From Elusimicrobiota bacterium (GTDB lineage Bacteria; Elusimicrobiota; Elusimicrobia; UBA1565): 42,291 nucleotides of DNA. The stretch is from NCBI GenBank assembly GCA_043819795.1, contig JBDREN010000226.1, positions 1 through 42,291 on the forward strand. Direction: 5' to 3'. Positions 28,352 through 36,919 of this stretch are shown here, in pieces; within the stretch, counting starts at the first letter, position 1, and every line of letters begins with the position of its first letter. A program made the position numbers and the translations under genes. A model generated the notes under the pieces. The model was not told the DNA's origin and did no database searches. It saw only the letters and a list, made by a program, of their open reading frames with translations.

Positions 28352-28606
28352 AGGCTCGTTGCCCAAAATCCATCCGGTTATTTCGTAACGGACCCTAAGC
28401 GCTCGGAGAGCCGCCGGCCTCTTCGGCGGGGAATAGTCACAGATAGACCCCTCGCCTGACGCCTTCGCCGGCGTGGACGAGGATCGGGGCCGGCACGCGG
28501 CTTGATCCCCCGCCGCCGCTTTTCCCGACGAGGCTTCACCCAAGGAAGCGGGGCGGACTCTTTGAGGAAAAGCAGGGGAAAGCGGCGGCAAAAAAGTTTG
28601 CGCCCC

Positions 28607-28635
28607 TTGACAGCACGAGGGAGGCCACCTAAACT
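28607..28635 (+). promoter_or_regulatory. Sigma70-type promoter with upstream A tract
   Basis: TTGACA, 17-nt spacer, TAAACT; AAAAAAGTTT just upstream (UP-like). Confidence 0.7.
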
Positions 28636-28637
28636 GA

Positions 28638-28982
28638 GTGAGCGTCTTTGGCCGCGCGCGCCGGGACCGGGCGGCCGGGAAAAGACCGTTGAAATTACTG
28701 CCTCTTTCGCAGAAAGCCCGCAGGTTATGGGGGCTGGCGCTGGGGATACTTCTGTCCCTGGGCGCGGTCCTGGCGTTCGGCCAATCCTCCCGAGAGGTAA
28801 ACGCGCAGTGGGATAGGCAGATCAAGCGCATCCAGGGGCGGTTGGGGCCCGGCCGGGCGGGGTCTCACGAGCTTATTGAGGATCTCTGGGGGGAGATCGG
28901 GTTCTACACTCCCGAGGAGCGCTACGGCCTTCAAAAAGGATTTCTGGATTCGATGGGGGCGGCGGAGAGTAATAATGACTGA
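28638..28982 (+). CDS. Hypothetical exported or membrane-anchored small protein
   Basis: Hydrophobic stretch LWGLALGILLSLGAVLAF; lies downstream of the promoter. The true start is probably later (e.g. TTG 28689). Confidence 0.5.
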   Translation: MSVFGRARRDRAAGKRPLKLLPLSQKARRLWGLALGILLSLGAVLAFGQSSREVNAQWDRQIKRIQGRLGPGRAGSHELIEDLWGEIGFYTPEERYGLQKGFLDSMGAAESNND

Positions 28983-29436
28983 GCCAACCCCACTGGACAA
29001 GATAAAGAAAGCGCATGGGATTATGTTTCTGGCAGGGGGTGTGGCATTGGCGGCTCCCTTCGTCATGATTCTTGGGCTTGGGCTCCTGGGTAGAGTTGTT
29101 ACTTTCAATAGGGAAGTGCCGGCTACATTGTCAGCTGTGATTTGGGGGCTGGGGCAAGTGACAGTGGTTTTGCCATTGCTGACAATTCCCGTATCGGCGG
29201 CATGGGTCGGTTACGCCTCAGGAGATCATGAGAGCTCCAAAGTGGCGCTGAGAAAAATGATGAAGCGTTACGCGCCAATTTTTTGCGTGCTGATTGCGCA
29301 GGCCTTTTCCCTTCTAAAGGAATCTCCCATGTTTTTAGCCTCTCTAGTGGCAGGAGTCTTGATGGTCGGATATTCTGTTTGGTTGCTGAGATCAGACGAA
29401 AGCCAAACAAATACAGAAGGTGCGGAAAACGCGTGA
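28975..29436 (+). CDS. Hypothetical integral membrane protein (about 4 TM)
   Basis: ATG 28975 overlaps the upstream ORF end; GGAG upstream; four hydrophobic segments; visibly more AT-rich than the flanks. Confidence 0.65.
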   Translation: MTEPTPLDKIKKAHGIMFLAGGVALAAPFVMILGLGLLGRVVTFNREVPATLSAVIWGLGQVTVVLPLLTIPVSAAWVGYASGDHESSKVALRKMMKRYAPIFCVLIAQAFSLLKESPMFLASLVAGVLMVGYSVWLLRSDESQTNTEGAENA

Positions 29437-29450
29437 GTCCGGTGTCGTTC

Positions 29451-29743
29451 GGTGTCAGGCTTCGACTTCATACGCGCACGCCGACTGCCGCGCGGCAAGC
29501 GCCCGCGCCTGGCTGAACTGGCCCGGACAGCGGCGGAGAAGAGCGCGATCTCCGTCACGCCGCTTCTCGGGCGCAGCAGAGAGCGCCGCGTGTGCGCCGT
29601 GCGCAGGGACATCGTCGGACAGGCGCTCAAGCATGGCTGCACGCTTGCCGAGCTTGCTCGATTTCTAGGCCTTTCCCATTCCGCCGCCTCCGACCTGGCC
29701 GCCCCGATAGTTGCATAAGTCGCAGAAGCTGAAGCCTGACACC
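29451..29743 (+). mobile_element. Non-autonomous remnant of a RAYT (REP-associated tyrosine transposase) element, retaining the C-terminal DnaA-C-like HTH
   Basis: Terminal inverted repeat GGTGTCAGGCTTC...GAAGCCTGACACC; encodes LLGRSRERRVCAVRR...TLAELARFLGLSHSAAS; 29469-29547 matches 41743-41821 at 76/79. Confidence 0.75.
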
Positions 29744-30532
29744 TTAGACCGGCTGAAGTGCCTGCGCGAACGCCGCGAGCTGGGGGGAGCTCTTTAGGGC
29801 CGCTTCCATGCCGTCGAGCGCCTCCAAGAACGCCTCGAACAACATATTATTGGTGGCCGGATAGGGAACGGTCTTTTCATTGATGACTTTGATGTGCTCC
29901 ACATTGATTCCATCCGGCCGGAGCATATGCGCTTGAGCCGTGACCCTCGTCGTAGACCCGGACACGGCGCCGAATTTCAGATGGAGATCCAAGTTCAAGA
30001 CCAAGTGGAATCTCCCGGGAGCGACTTCATCTATTCGTTCGATCCGCGTCACTGTCTTGAAATGCCTGCGCAGCATCTCCTCCCAGGCCCCCAGCATGGC
30101 GCTTGGCCTGAACCGGTACATGGGATTCCAGGACTTCTTTTCGTTGATGGATTCCAAAAAGTCTATCGCGGTGCGCGCGTACGGATGCAGCATCCACGCC
30201 ACATCCAAGCGGCCCAGGCCGATTTCCGAGAGCTTGCCGCTTGCCTCTATCGCCGGCAAAGAGCCGGACGAAACGGAGACGGCCGGAGCCGCTTTTCGGT
30301 CGTCGAAGCGAGGAATACCGGGGGGCGGTGCGGGATTAACGATCAATGACGTACTATCAGAGACGTCGCGGCGGATCTCGATGACCTCAGAGGTCCGGAG
30401 CCGGACCGTGGCGGCCTCCTCAGGCGCGCCGGAGTCCGAGGTTCTTAAGGCAACGCCCGCCAGCATCAAGGCGCCGATAGCGAAGAAGATCAACCGGCCT
30501 CGTCTCTTCCTGAATAGCTCTTCAGGGCCCAT
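29744..30532 (-). CDS. Membrane-anchored exported protein of unknown function (family A, KTVPYPAT)
   Basis: ATG 30532, N-terminal TM LIFFAIGALMLAGVAL; C-terminal half aligns with 35138-35836. Confidence 0.75.
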   Translation of the reverse strand: MGPEELFRKRRGRLIFFAIGALMLAGVALRTSDSGAPEEAATVRLRTSEVIEIRRDVSDSTSLIVNPAPPPGIPRFDDRKAAPAVSVSSGSLPAIEASGKLSEIGLGRLDVAWMLHPYARTAIDFLESINEKKSWNPMYRFRPSAMLGAWEEMLRRHFKTVTRIERIDEVAPGRFHLVLNLDLHLKFGAVSGSTTRVTAQAHMLRPDGINVEHIKVINEKTVPYPATNNMLFEAFLEALDGMEAALKSSPQLAAFAQALQPV

Positions 30533-30592
30533 TGGAGCTATTCTATCATCTTCCTTGTCGGTGCCATTCAAATGTTGCATCATGGCTTCGTG

Positions 30593-31612
30593 ATGGAAAT
30601 AAAGCCGGCGGGGATCTTTCTGCTCTGCTTTCTGTTTTGTTTTGGTTGGGGATGCGGGAAGGCTGGAGACGGCGGTGTTGTCGTGGTGTATACCTCGGTG
30701 GATCTGGTCTATGCCGAGTCCATACTGCGAGAGTTCGAGAGGCGCACCGGGATCGATGTCCGGATCGTTCCTGATACCGAGGCCTCCAAGACTACCGGAC
30801 TCTACAACCGCCTGATCGCGGAGAAGGACAATCCGCAGGCGGATGTGTTTTGGAATTCCGAGATGTCCCGAACCGTCAATCTGAAAGCGAAGGGTGTTTT
30901 GAGCCCTTACGATTCGCCCTCCGGCAAGGACATCCCTGATGCCTTCAAGGATCCCGAGAGCTTCTGGACGGGATTCGCCGCAAGAGCCCGGGTCATCGTC
31001 TATAACACGGAGCTGCTTCAGAAGGAGGCGGTTCCCATATCCATTCTGGACCTGACCGATCCTCGGTGGAAGAACGAAGTGGGCATGGCGAATCCTCTCT
31101 TCGGGACCACGGCCTCCCACACAGCGGCCATCATGCATCTCTGGGGGCGGCGGAAAGGAGCGCTGTTTTTTGAAAATCTCAAGGCCAATGGGATCAAGGT
31201 TTTCCCGGGCAATTCCACCGTGCGGGACATGGTGGCCAACGGCGAGATCAAGGCGGGGTTGACCGACACCGACGATGTCTGGGCCGGCCTGGATCAGGGG
31301 AAACCTTTGGGGATGATCTACCCTGACCAGGAGGGCATCGGGACCCTAATCATTCCCAATACGGTCGCTCTCATCCGAGGGGCCCGGCACCCAGATCAGG
31401 CCAAGCATTTGATCGATTATCTTTTAAGCCGGGAGGTGGAGGAGGCTTTGGCGAAGGGAAGACCCCGGCAGATCCCCCTGCGCTCCGGGATCCCGGTGCC
31501 TGAAGGAGTCTTAAGGTACGACCAGCTGAAGGCGATGGCGGTAGACCTGTCCCAAGTCGCGGGAGAAATGGAGCGCACCGAGAAGTTCTTGAAAAAACTT
31601 CTGCTGGATTAA
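30593..31612 (+). CDS. ABC transporter substrate-binding lipoprotein, Fe3+/FbpA-AfuA type
   Basis: Lipobox-like GWGC, VVYTS, NPQADVFW, RARVIVYN, LTDTDD, IDYLLS. Alternative start at 30572. Confidence 0.85.
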   Translation: MEIKPAGIFLLCFLFCFGWGCGKAGDGGVVVVYTSVDLVYAESILREFERRTGIDVRIVPDTEASKTTGLYNRLIAEKDNPQADVFWNSEMSRTVNLKAKGVLSPYDSPSGKDIPDAFKDPESFWTGFAARARVIVYNTELLQKEAVPISILDLTDPRWKNEVGMANPLFGTTASHTAAIMHLWGRRKGALFFENLKANGIKVFPGNSTVRDMVANGEIKAGLTDTDDVWAGLDQGKPLGMIYPDQEGIGTLIIPNTVALIRGARHPDQAKHLIDYLLSREVEEALAKGRPRQIPLRSGIPVPEGVLRYDQLKAMAVDLSQVAGEMERTEKFLKKLLLD

Positions 31613-31616
31613 CGTC

Positions 31617-33221
31617 GTGGATCGAAAATCCAGAACGATAAGAATTCTTCTATATCTGCTCTTTTCTTTCGTCCTGCTCGTCCCGATGCTTTTCTTCTAC
31701 GCGGGCTCCTTTTGGAAGAACGGGAACATCACCCTTCAGGATTATGTCGAATCCTGGCCCAGCGCCGCCCAGTGGAGGGCTTTGGGCAATAGCCTGAGGC
31801 TTGGGATCGCCGCGACCCTTCTGAGTTTTGTTTTTGGATTACCGGTGGCGGTGGCCCTTTCTCGCTTAGAGCGGAGGTGGAGGCATTTCCTGACCACGCT
31901 CTGCCTGATCCCTCTCATGATCCCTCCTTATCTCACCGCTTCGGCCTGGGTCGTCGCCGCGGGCAAGAGGACATTCCTCAACCTCTTATTGATGCGGGTT
32001 TTCTCCACGGCAGAAAGCCCTCTCTCTCTCTTCAATTTCGGAGGGTGTGTCTGGGTCTTCAGCCTGTCTTATTGGCCGATCATCGCCCTCTTGGGATGCG
32101 CTTCCCTTAGGCTGATCGATCGGAGGCAGGAAGATGCGGGTCGGTTGTTCGCCGCCGGGCCGCCTGTCTTCCGCAAAATCACCTTACCTCTCATCTGGCC
32201 AAGCCTGGCGGCGGCGGGCGGGATCGTGTTCCTGCTCGTGATCGCCGATTTTGGGGTGCCGGATCTGCTTCTCTTCCGGGCTTACACCAACGAGGCCCTC
32301 CAGAGTTTCCGATGGGGACCGGATATGCCCGCCGCCGCCGCTGTCTCATTGCCCTTGGTGCTGTGCGTCGCGCTGGTGGTCGCGCTCATCGGACTATGTC
32401 CGGCCAAACGGAGCCCCCTCTTGGTCGGAGGGAGCGCGGAGATATCACAAAGGCCTTCTTCGCGCAAGGGCGCTGCGGGTTTTTTGTCCTGGACGATCCT
32501 GGTCCTTTCCCTTTCGGTCGCGTTTCCGGTGGCCACCTTTGTGTCGGCGTCCGCTTCCTGGGACGCTTATCGCGAAGCCTTCCGAATGGGCGGGGGATTG
32601 ATCGCGAATAGTTTCTGGGTCGCCGCGCTGGGGGCGGCAAGCACCCTTCTTTTTTGCTTGCCGTTGGCTCATATGACGAATACCGGGACCCGAGGAGAAC
32701 GGATGTATGTGCAGTTTGTCTCTCTGTTGACCTTTGCGCTCCCCGCCACGGTCGTGGGGGTCGGCCTGATTTCCCTTTATAATCGACCCGGACTTCCGGA
32801 ATGGATATACCGAAGCCTCGGGATCATGGTGCTCGCGTACGTCGCTCGATTCTTCTTCATCGCATGGACCGGAGTCTCGGCCGTCTTAGCCGGAGTGGAT
32901 CCCTCCCTTTTTGAGGCGGCCAGGATCTCCGGAGCGTCTCCCTGGAGAGCTTACCGCGTTGTTTTTCTCCCGTTGGCCAAGGGGAGTCTCTGGGCGCTCT
33001 TCTTGGTCCTGTTTATCCTCTGTTTTGGCGAACTGGGGATCGGAGTCCTGCTGACTCCCGCGGGGTACCGGACATTGCCTGTCACTCTATTCGGTTTGCT
33101 GCATTTCGGTTACGAACGACTGGTGATGGCTCTGTGCCTCATCTTCTTTATGTCCATTGTGATTCCGACCGCCGCGGCCATGTATATTTGGAGGAGGTAT
33201 GGGGATTCTCGTTTCATTTAG
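31617..33221 (+). CDS. ABC transporter permease (FbpB type, duplicated membrane domain)
   Basis: Two EAA-like loops (QEDAGRLFAA, FEAARISGA), DFGVP, TLPV. Confidence 0.88.
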   Translation: MDRKSRTIRILLYLLFSFVLLVPMLFFYAGSFWKNGNITLQDYVESWPSAAQWRALGNSLRLGIAATLLSFVFGLPVAVALSRLERRWRHFLTTLCLIPLMIPPYLTASAWVVAAGKRTFLNLLLMRVFSTAESPLSLFNFGGCVWVFSLSYWPIIALLGCASLRLIDRRQEDAGRLFAAGPPVFRKITLPLIWPSLAAAGGIVFLLVIADFGVPDLLLFRAYTNEALQSFRWGPDMPAAAAVSLPLVLCVALVVALIGLCPAKRSPLLVGGSAEISQRPSSRKGAAGFLSWTILVLSLSVAFPVATFVSASASWDAYREAFRMGGGLIANSFWVAALGAASTLLFCLPLAHMTNTGTRGERMYVQFVSLLTFALPATVVGVGLISLYNRPGLPEWIYRSLGIMVLAYVARFFFIAWTGVSAVLAGVDPSLFEAARISGASPWRAYRVVFLPLAKGSLWALFLVLFILCFGELGIGVLLTPAGYRTLPVTLFGLLHFGYERLVMALCLIFFMSIVIPTAAAMYIWRRYGDSRFI

Positions 33222-34212
33222 AGATGTTTCGAAGAAGTACGGCGATGTTTGCGCGCTCGGGGGATTGACTCTGTCTATGGAGGAAGGGGAGTTTTTTTCC
33301 ATCCTCGGTCCATCGGGCTGCGGAAAGACCACCTTGCTGCGGCTTCTTTCCGGCCTCGAGTCGCCGGATGATGGAGAGATAGCTCTGGAGGGAAAGTTGG
33401 TCAGCAGTTCCCGGTTCGTATTGGAACCGGAGAAGCGCGGGATAGGCATGGTCTTTCAGAGTCTGGCCCTCTGGCCGCACATGACGGTTTTAGAGAACGT
33501 GGAGTTCCCTCTGCATGGGAAGAGCAAGCATAAAGCCCGTGAGATGCTGAAGCGCTTGGGGCTGGAGGCGATTTCGGACCGCCCGCCCAGTCAGATCTCC
33601 GGCGGGGAGCAGCAGCGAGTCGCCCTGGCGAGGGCCATCGTCGGCTCTCCCAGGATACTTCTCCTCGATGAGCCCTTTACCGGATTAGATCCTCGGTTGA
33701 GGATGGAATTGGGAAGTCTGGTCAAGGATATCAATAAGGAGCTCGGCTTGACTGTTCTCTATGTCACCCACCTGCGCGAGGAGGCTATGTCTCTTGCGGA
33801 TCGGATGGCTGTGCTTAAAGATGGCCGGATCCAGCAGATAGGCGCCCCGGAGGAGATCTACGACCATCCCGAGAATCCCTTTGTCGCCGCATTTGTGGGA
33901 AACGCCAATATTCTGGAAGGAGAAGTGACCGGGCCGGGAGTCGCCTCAACGCCCGTCGGGGCTGTTACTGTCAGTCAGGATGAAAAGAAGAAAACGATCT
34001 TGGTGGCGGTCAGTCCTGAGAGCTTGCGGGTCGATTCCGGCGGTCCCATCCGGGGGGTGGTCCGGGAAAGAAATTATAGAGGAGGACGGTCGCTTTATCG
34101 CATAGAGGTGGAGAGCCAGCATCTGATGGTCGAGATTTCTGAGAGGCTTGAAGTGGGCGGAGAATTGAGGCTGGAACTTGCCCGGAAACCTCTCGTTTTC
34201 TCAAGCGGATAG
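33199..34212 (+). CDS. ABC transporter ATP-binding subunit (FbpC/PotA type)
   Basis: GPSGCGKT, ISGGEQQR, LLLDEP, YVTH, TOBE-like C-terminus. Confidence 0.92.
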   Translation: MGILVSFRDVSKKYGDVCALGGLTLSMEEGEFFSILGPSGCGKTTLLRLLSGLESPDDGEIALEGKLVSSSRFVLEPEKRGIGMVFQSLALWPHMTVLENVEFPLHGKSKHKAREMLKRLGLEAISDRPPSQISGGEQQRVALARAIVGSPRILLLDEPFTGLDPRLRMELGSLVKDINKELGLTVLYVTHLREEAMSLADRMAVLKDGRIQQIGAPEEIYDHPENPFVAAFVGNANILEGEVTGPGVASTPVGAVTVSQDEKKKTILVAVSPESLRVDSGGPIRGVVRERNYRGGRSLYRIEVESQHLMVEISERLEVGGELRLELARKPLVFSSG

Positions 34213-34268
34213 CCTTAACCCGGGTCCGCCGGAGATCGAGCGGGTCCTCTTGGACCATCGGCCGGGTC

Positions 34269-34277
34269 TGCTATACT
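34269..34277 (+). promoter_or_regulatory. Extended -10 element
   Basis: TGcTATACT about 25 nt before ATG 34302. Confidence 0.4.
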
Positions 34278-34301
34278 TCCCCTAAGGGGGCATGGTCACG
34301 G

Positions 34302-35141
34302 ATGCCGTCACACCGATACCTGCTGATTTCACCTAAGCTGTTAAAGACGCTGATCGCCATCCTCATCGGCGCGTCGATCATCGCCGCGCATTTGATAAAA
34401 GACAGCGTCGACTCCAAGTCGGCGAATGAGATCGTGCTCCTCCCCGCCGGCGAGTCCGAAGCCTGGGAAGATGATGGGGCCGACGCGCTGACCCACTCGG
34501 CGATCTCAGGGAAGAACCGGCTCGCGGGCAACCTCGAGAAGCCAAGGCTCCCCAAGGACATGAAGGGGATCGTCAACCCCGACGAGGAGAAGAAGGACAA
34601 GTCCTACAAGTACGACCCCAGCCTCATCCCCCCGCCCTTCGACCAGACGGGGATGCGCATCAAGCCGACCCGCCTGCGCAAGATCCATGAGGCGGGGGAT
34701 TCCGGCTGGGGTTACGTCAACCCCGTCGGCTTCACGGAAGACCCGAAGGCCGAGGGGCTCTGGAGATCCAAGGACGCCATCATCCGGGTCACGAACGCCC
34801 ATACCGGCGATGAATGCCGCCCGATCTGCGCCGGAGAGGTCTTGACCCTCGGCCAGCTCAAGAGGAGCACCGCCTCCGGACGCCGCACCCACACTTTCCT
34901 GTGCGATGAGAACATCTCGCTCGGCGGCGAGACCTGGCCTCTCTACGAGACCACCATCCTCGCCATCCGCCCCTCGGCCTGCGTCAAGACCACTCTCGCG
35001 GCCCGCTCGGCCGCCGCCCGCAAGCAGGTGCAGGGAGACTACTTCAATATGCGGCGGCGCCTGGCCCCCCTTCCCCCGCTGCCCGAGAAGCCGTTGTTCG
35101 ACAAGAGCGGGCGATCCCTGAAGGCCCGCACTCTGCGATGA
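34302..35141 (+). CDS. Membrane-anchored exported protein of unknown function (family B, four conserved Cys)
   Basis: N-terminal TM; paralogous to 38257-39120 (SAISGxNxLAxNLxxPxLPK, GWG, CRPxC). Confidence 0.75.
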   Translation: MPSHRYLLISPKLLKTLIAILIGASIIAAHLIKDSVDSKSANEIVLLPAGESEAWEDDGADALTHSAISGKNRLAGNLEKPRLPKDMKGIVNPDEEKKDKSYKYDPSLIPPPFDQTGMRIKPTRLRKIHEAGDSGWGYVNPVGFTEDPKAEGLWRSKDAIIRVTNAHTGDECRPICAGEVLTLGQLKRSTASGRRTHTFLCDENISLGGETWPLYETTILAIRPSACVKTTLAARSAAARKQVQGDYFNMRRRLAPLPPLPEKPLFDKSGRSLKARTLR

Positions 35142-35836
35142 GGCCCGCCGTCCTCCTTCTCCTTCCGCTGATCCCGCTCTCGCTGGCCGCCTGCCGCAGC
35201 GCGCCGCCCGCCTCCATGCCCGCCGCCCCCGCGGCGGACGCCGCTTCGGACATCGCGGCAACGGCTTCCACCGCCACGGCTGCGGCGCACGGCGGAGGAA
35301 AGGTCTCCACCGTCCCGGCGCCCGTGGAGGCGGCGGCGGTGACGGCTTCCACCGCCGCCGCGGCGAAGAAGGGCATCCATGACCTGAACGTGGCGGTCTT
35401 CCCTTTGCCGTTCTCGCGCCAGAACCTCAACATGCTCAGGCGAGTGAACCTCACGGGGAGGCTTCCGGGAAAGCCGATAAGCCCCGAGGAGTTCCTCGAC
35501 ATATATCTGAACATGATACGCCGGAATTTCAAGAGCGCCACATACTTTGAGAAAAGGGAAGATATCCCGCCCGAAGGCTATGACCTGCACTACGGGCTCA
35601 ACATCCTTCTCATCTACGGCTTCGTATCCGGCACGAAGGCCGAGGTGCATCTCACGTCGTATATCCGCGCTCCCGACGGAGAGCTCGTGGAGCATATCCT
35701 CTACGACGTGGCCAAAACGGTGCCCTACCCCGCCACGAGCGACATGATACGCGAGGCGGCCGAAGAGGCGCGGGACCTCACCGAAGAGGGGATTCGGGAG
35801 TCCGCTAAACTGGCCGAATACGCCCGGACCCGCTAG
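35138..35836 (+). CDS. Lipoprotein of unknown function (family A, KTVPYPAT)
   Basis: Lipobox LAAC, Ala/Pro/Thr linker, domain shared with 29744-30532; ATGA overlap with the upstream gene. Confidence 0.78.
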   Translation: MRPAVLLLLPLIPLSLAACRSAPPASMPAAPAADAASDIAATASTATAAAHGGGKVSTVPAPVEAAAVTASTAAAAKKGIHDLNVAVFPLPFSRQNLNMLRRVNLTGRLPGKPISPEEFLDIYLNMIRRNFKSATYFEKREDIPPEGYDLHYGLNILLIYGFVSGTKAEVHLTSYIRAPDGELVEHILYDVAKTVPYPATSDMIREAAEEARDLTEEGIRESAKLAEYARTR

Positions 35837-35980
35837 CAGTCCGGCGAAATCATCTGGAGCGAGTCGAGCCAAGGCGCGACGAGGGAGCATCCCTCGACGG
35901 GATGTGACTGAGGAGCAACGCGGGCGCAGGCCGCTTCCAGGCGATTGCAGGCCCCGGAAGACTTTTGCCACGGACTGCTA
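35834..35980. mobile_element. MITE-like element, copy 1
   Basis: Ends TAGCAGTCC...GGACTGCTA; near-identical in reverse orientation to 42128-42291 but lacking ~20 bp of one end. Confidence 0.8.
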
Positions 35981-36919
35981 AGGCTTCAGATAGGAGCGGA
36001 ATCGCGGCGTGGCATCGGTCCAGACGCGGCCCCCGTGCACGGACACGCGATTGCGGACATGCTGTATGCCGAAATTCACCTTGAAGTAGTTCCTCCCGGG
36101 GTCCCATCCCTGGATGACGACATGTCCGTCTTCAAGCCTGTCGAGGACCTCCTGCCTCACCGTCGCGACCTGGAATAGGGGCGGGGAGAAGTAGACGATC
36201 TCGTCGTCATCGTTGTCCTCGAACCCTATGGCGACGTGTTTCGTGACGGGCAACGGCATGAAGCCCGAGACCGCCTGGTCTCCGCAGGTCTCCGGGTCGG
36301 TGCAGTTCGAATAATCCCGCCTGGGAAGGGGAGAGCCCTTGTATGCGACCGAATGGAGATTGTGGTACATGGTCTGACGCATCAGCGAGTGCTTCTCATT
36401 ATGGGCGTTGAAGATATCCATATGGGCGTCGAGGATGTAGCCCAGCTTATGCCAGACCGTCATGAAGACCGCCATGCGGGTGGAAGCCGCCTCCTGATTG
36501 ATGAACAGGACCGGGGTGTATTGGGGAGGGAATTGAGTGTTCATCCCCCCCCGGGTGGCCGGCGACCAGAGGAACCGCCACCGCTTCTCGTATTCGGTAT
36601 GGGGCCCCACGGACCGCGGGAAGAAGCCCGATGCGTAGTCCTGCGCGTATCGCACCGCGGAGTTGGACAGATCGGGCGAGGAGAAGAGCCGGTCCGGGAA
36701 GGGTCCGTTGATATAGGCTATCCGGTTCAGGTAGCCGGAATAGAGCCCCGACTCCAGGCTGGCCCCGGCGTCGAGCGCGAACTGCTGGCGGATCTTGTCC
36801 CGCGAAAGCCTCGCGGTCTCGAATATCAGGAAGACGAAGAGGAACAGGATCGGGAACACGAAGAGCGCGGCCACGGCGATCTGGCCCCGCTTGCCGCGCA
36901 ATCGCCGCGCGGTCCTCAT
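35978..36919 (-). CDS. Tad-domain (TadE/TadG-like) pseudopilin
   Basis: Basic leader RRLRGKRG|Q, hydrophobic helix, then KIRQQFALDAGA resembling the Q-x-A-x-DAAA Tad motif. Confidence 0.75.
   Translation of the reverse strand: MRTARRLRGKRGQIAVAALFVFPILFLFVFLIFETARLSRDKIRQQFALDAGASLESGLYSGYLNRIAYINGPFPDRLFSSPDLSNSAVRYAQDYASGFFPRSVGPHTEYEKRWRFLWSPATRGGMNTQFPPQYTPVLFINQEAASTRMAVFMTVWHKLGYILDAHMDIFNAHNEKHSLMRQTMYHNLHSVAYKGSPLPRRDYSNCTDPETCGDQAVSGFMPLPVTKHVAIGFEDNDDDEIVYFSPPLFQVATVRQEVLDRLEDGHVVIQGWDPGRNYFKVNFGIQHVRNRVSVHGGRVWTDATPRFRSYLKP

Noticed and set aside
30533..31138. 464-aa version of the 29744 ORF
   Set aside because: The extension is antisense to the ABC binding-protein gene; ATG 30532 directly precedes the TM anchor.
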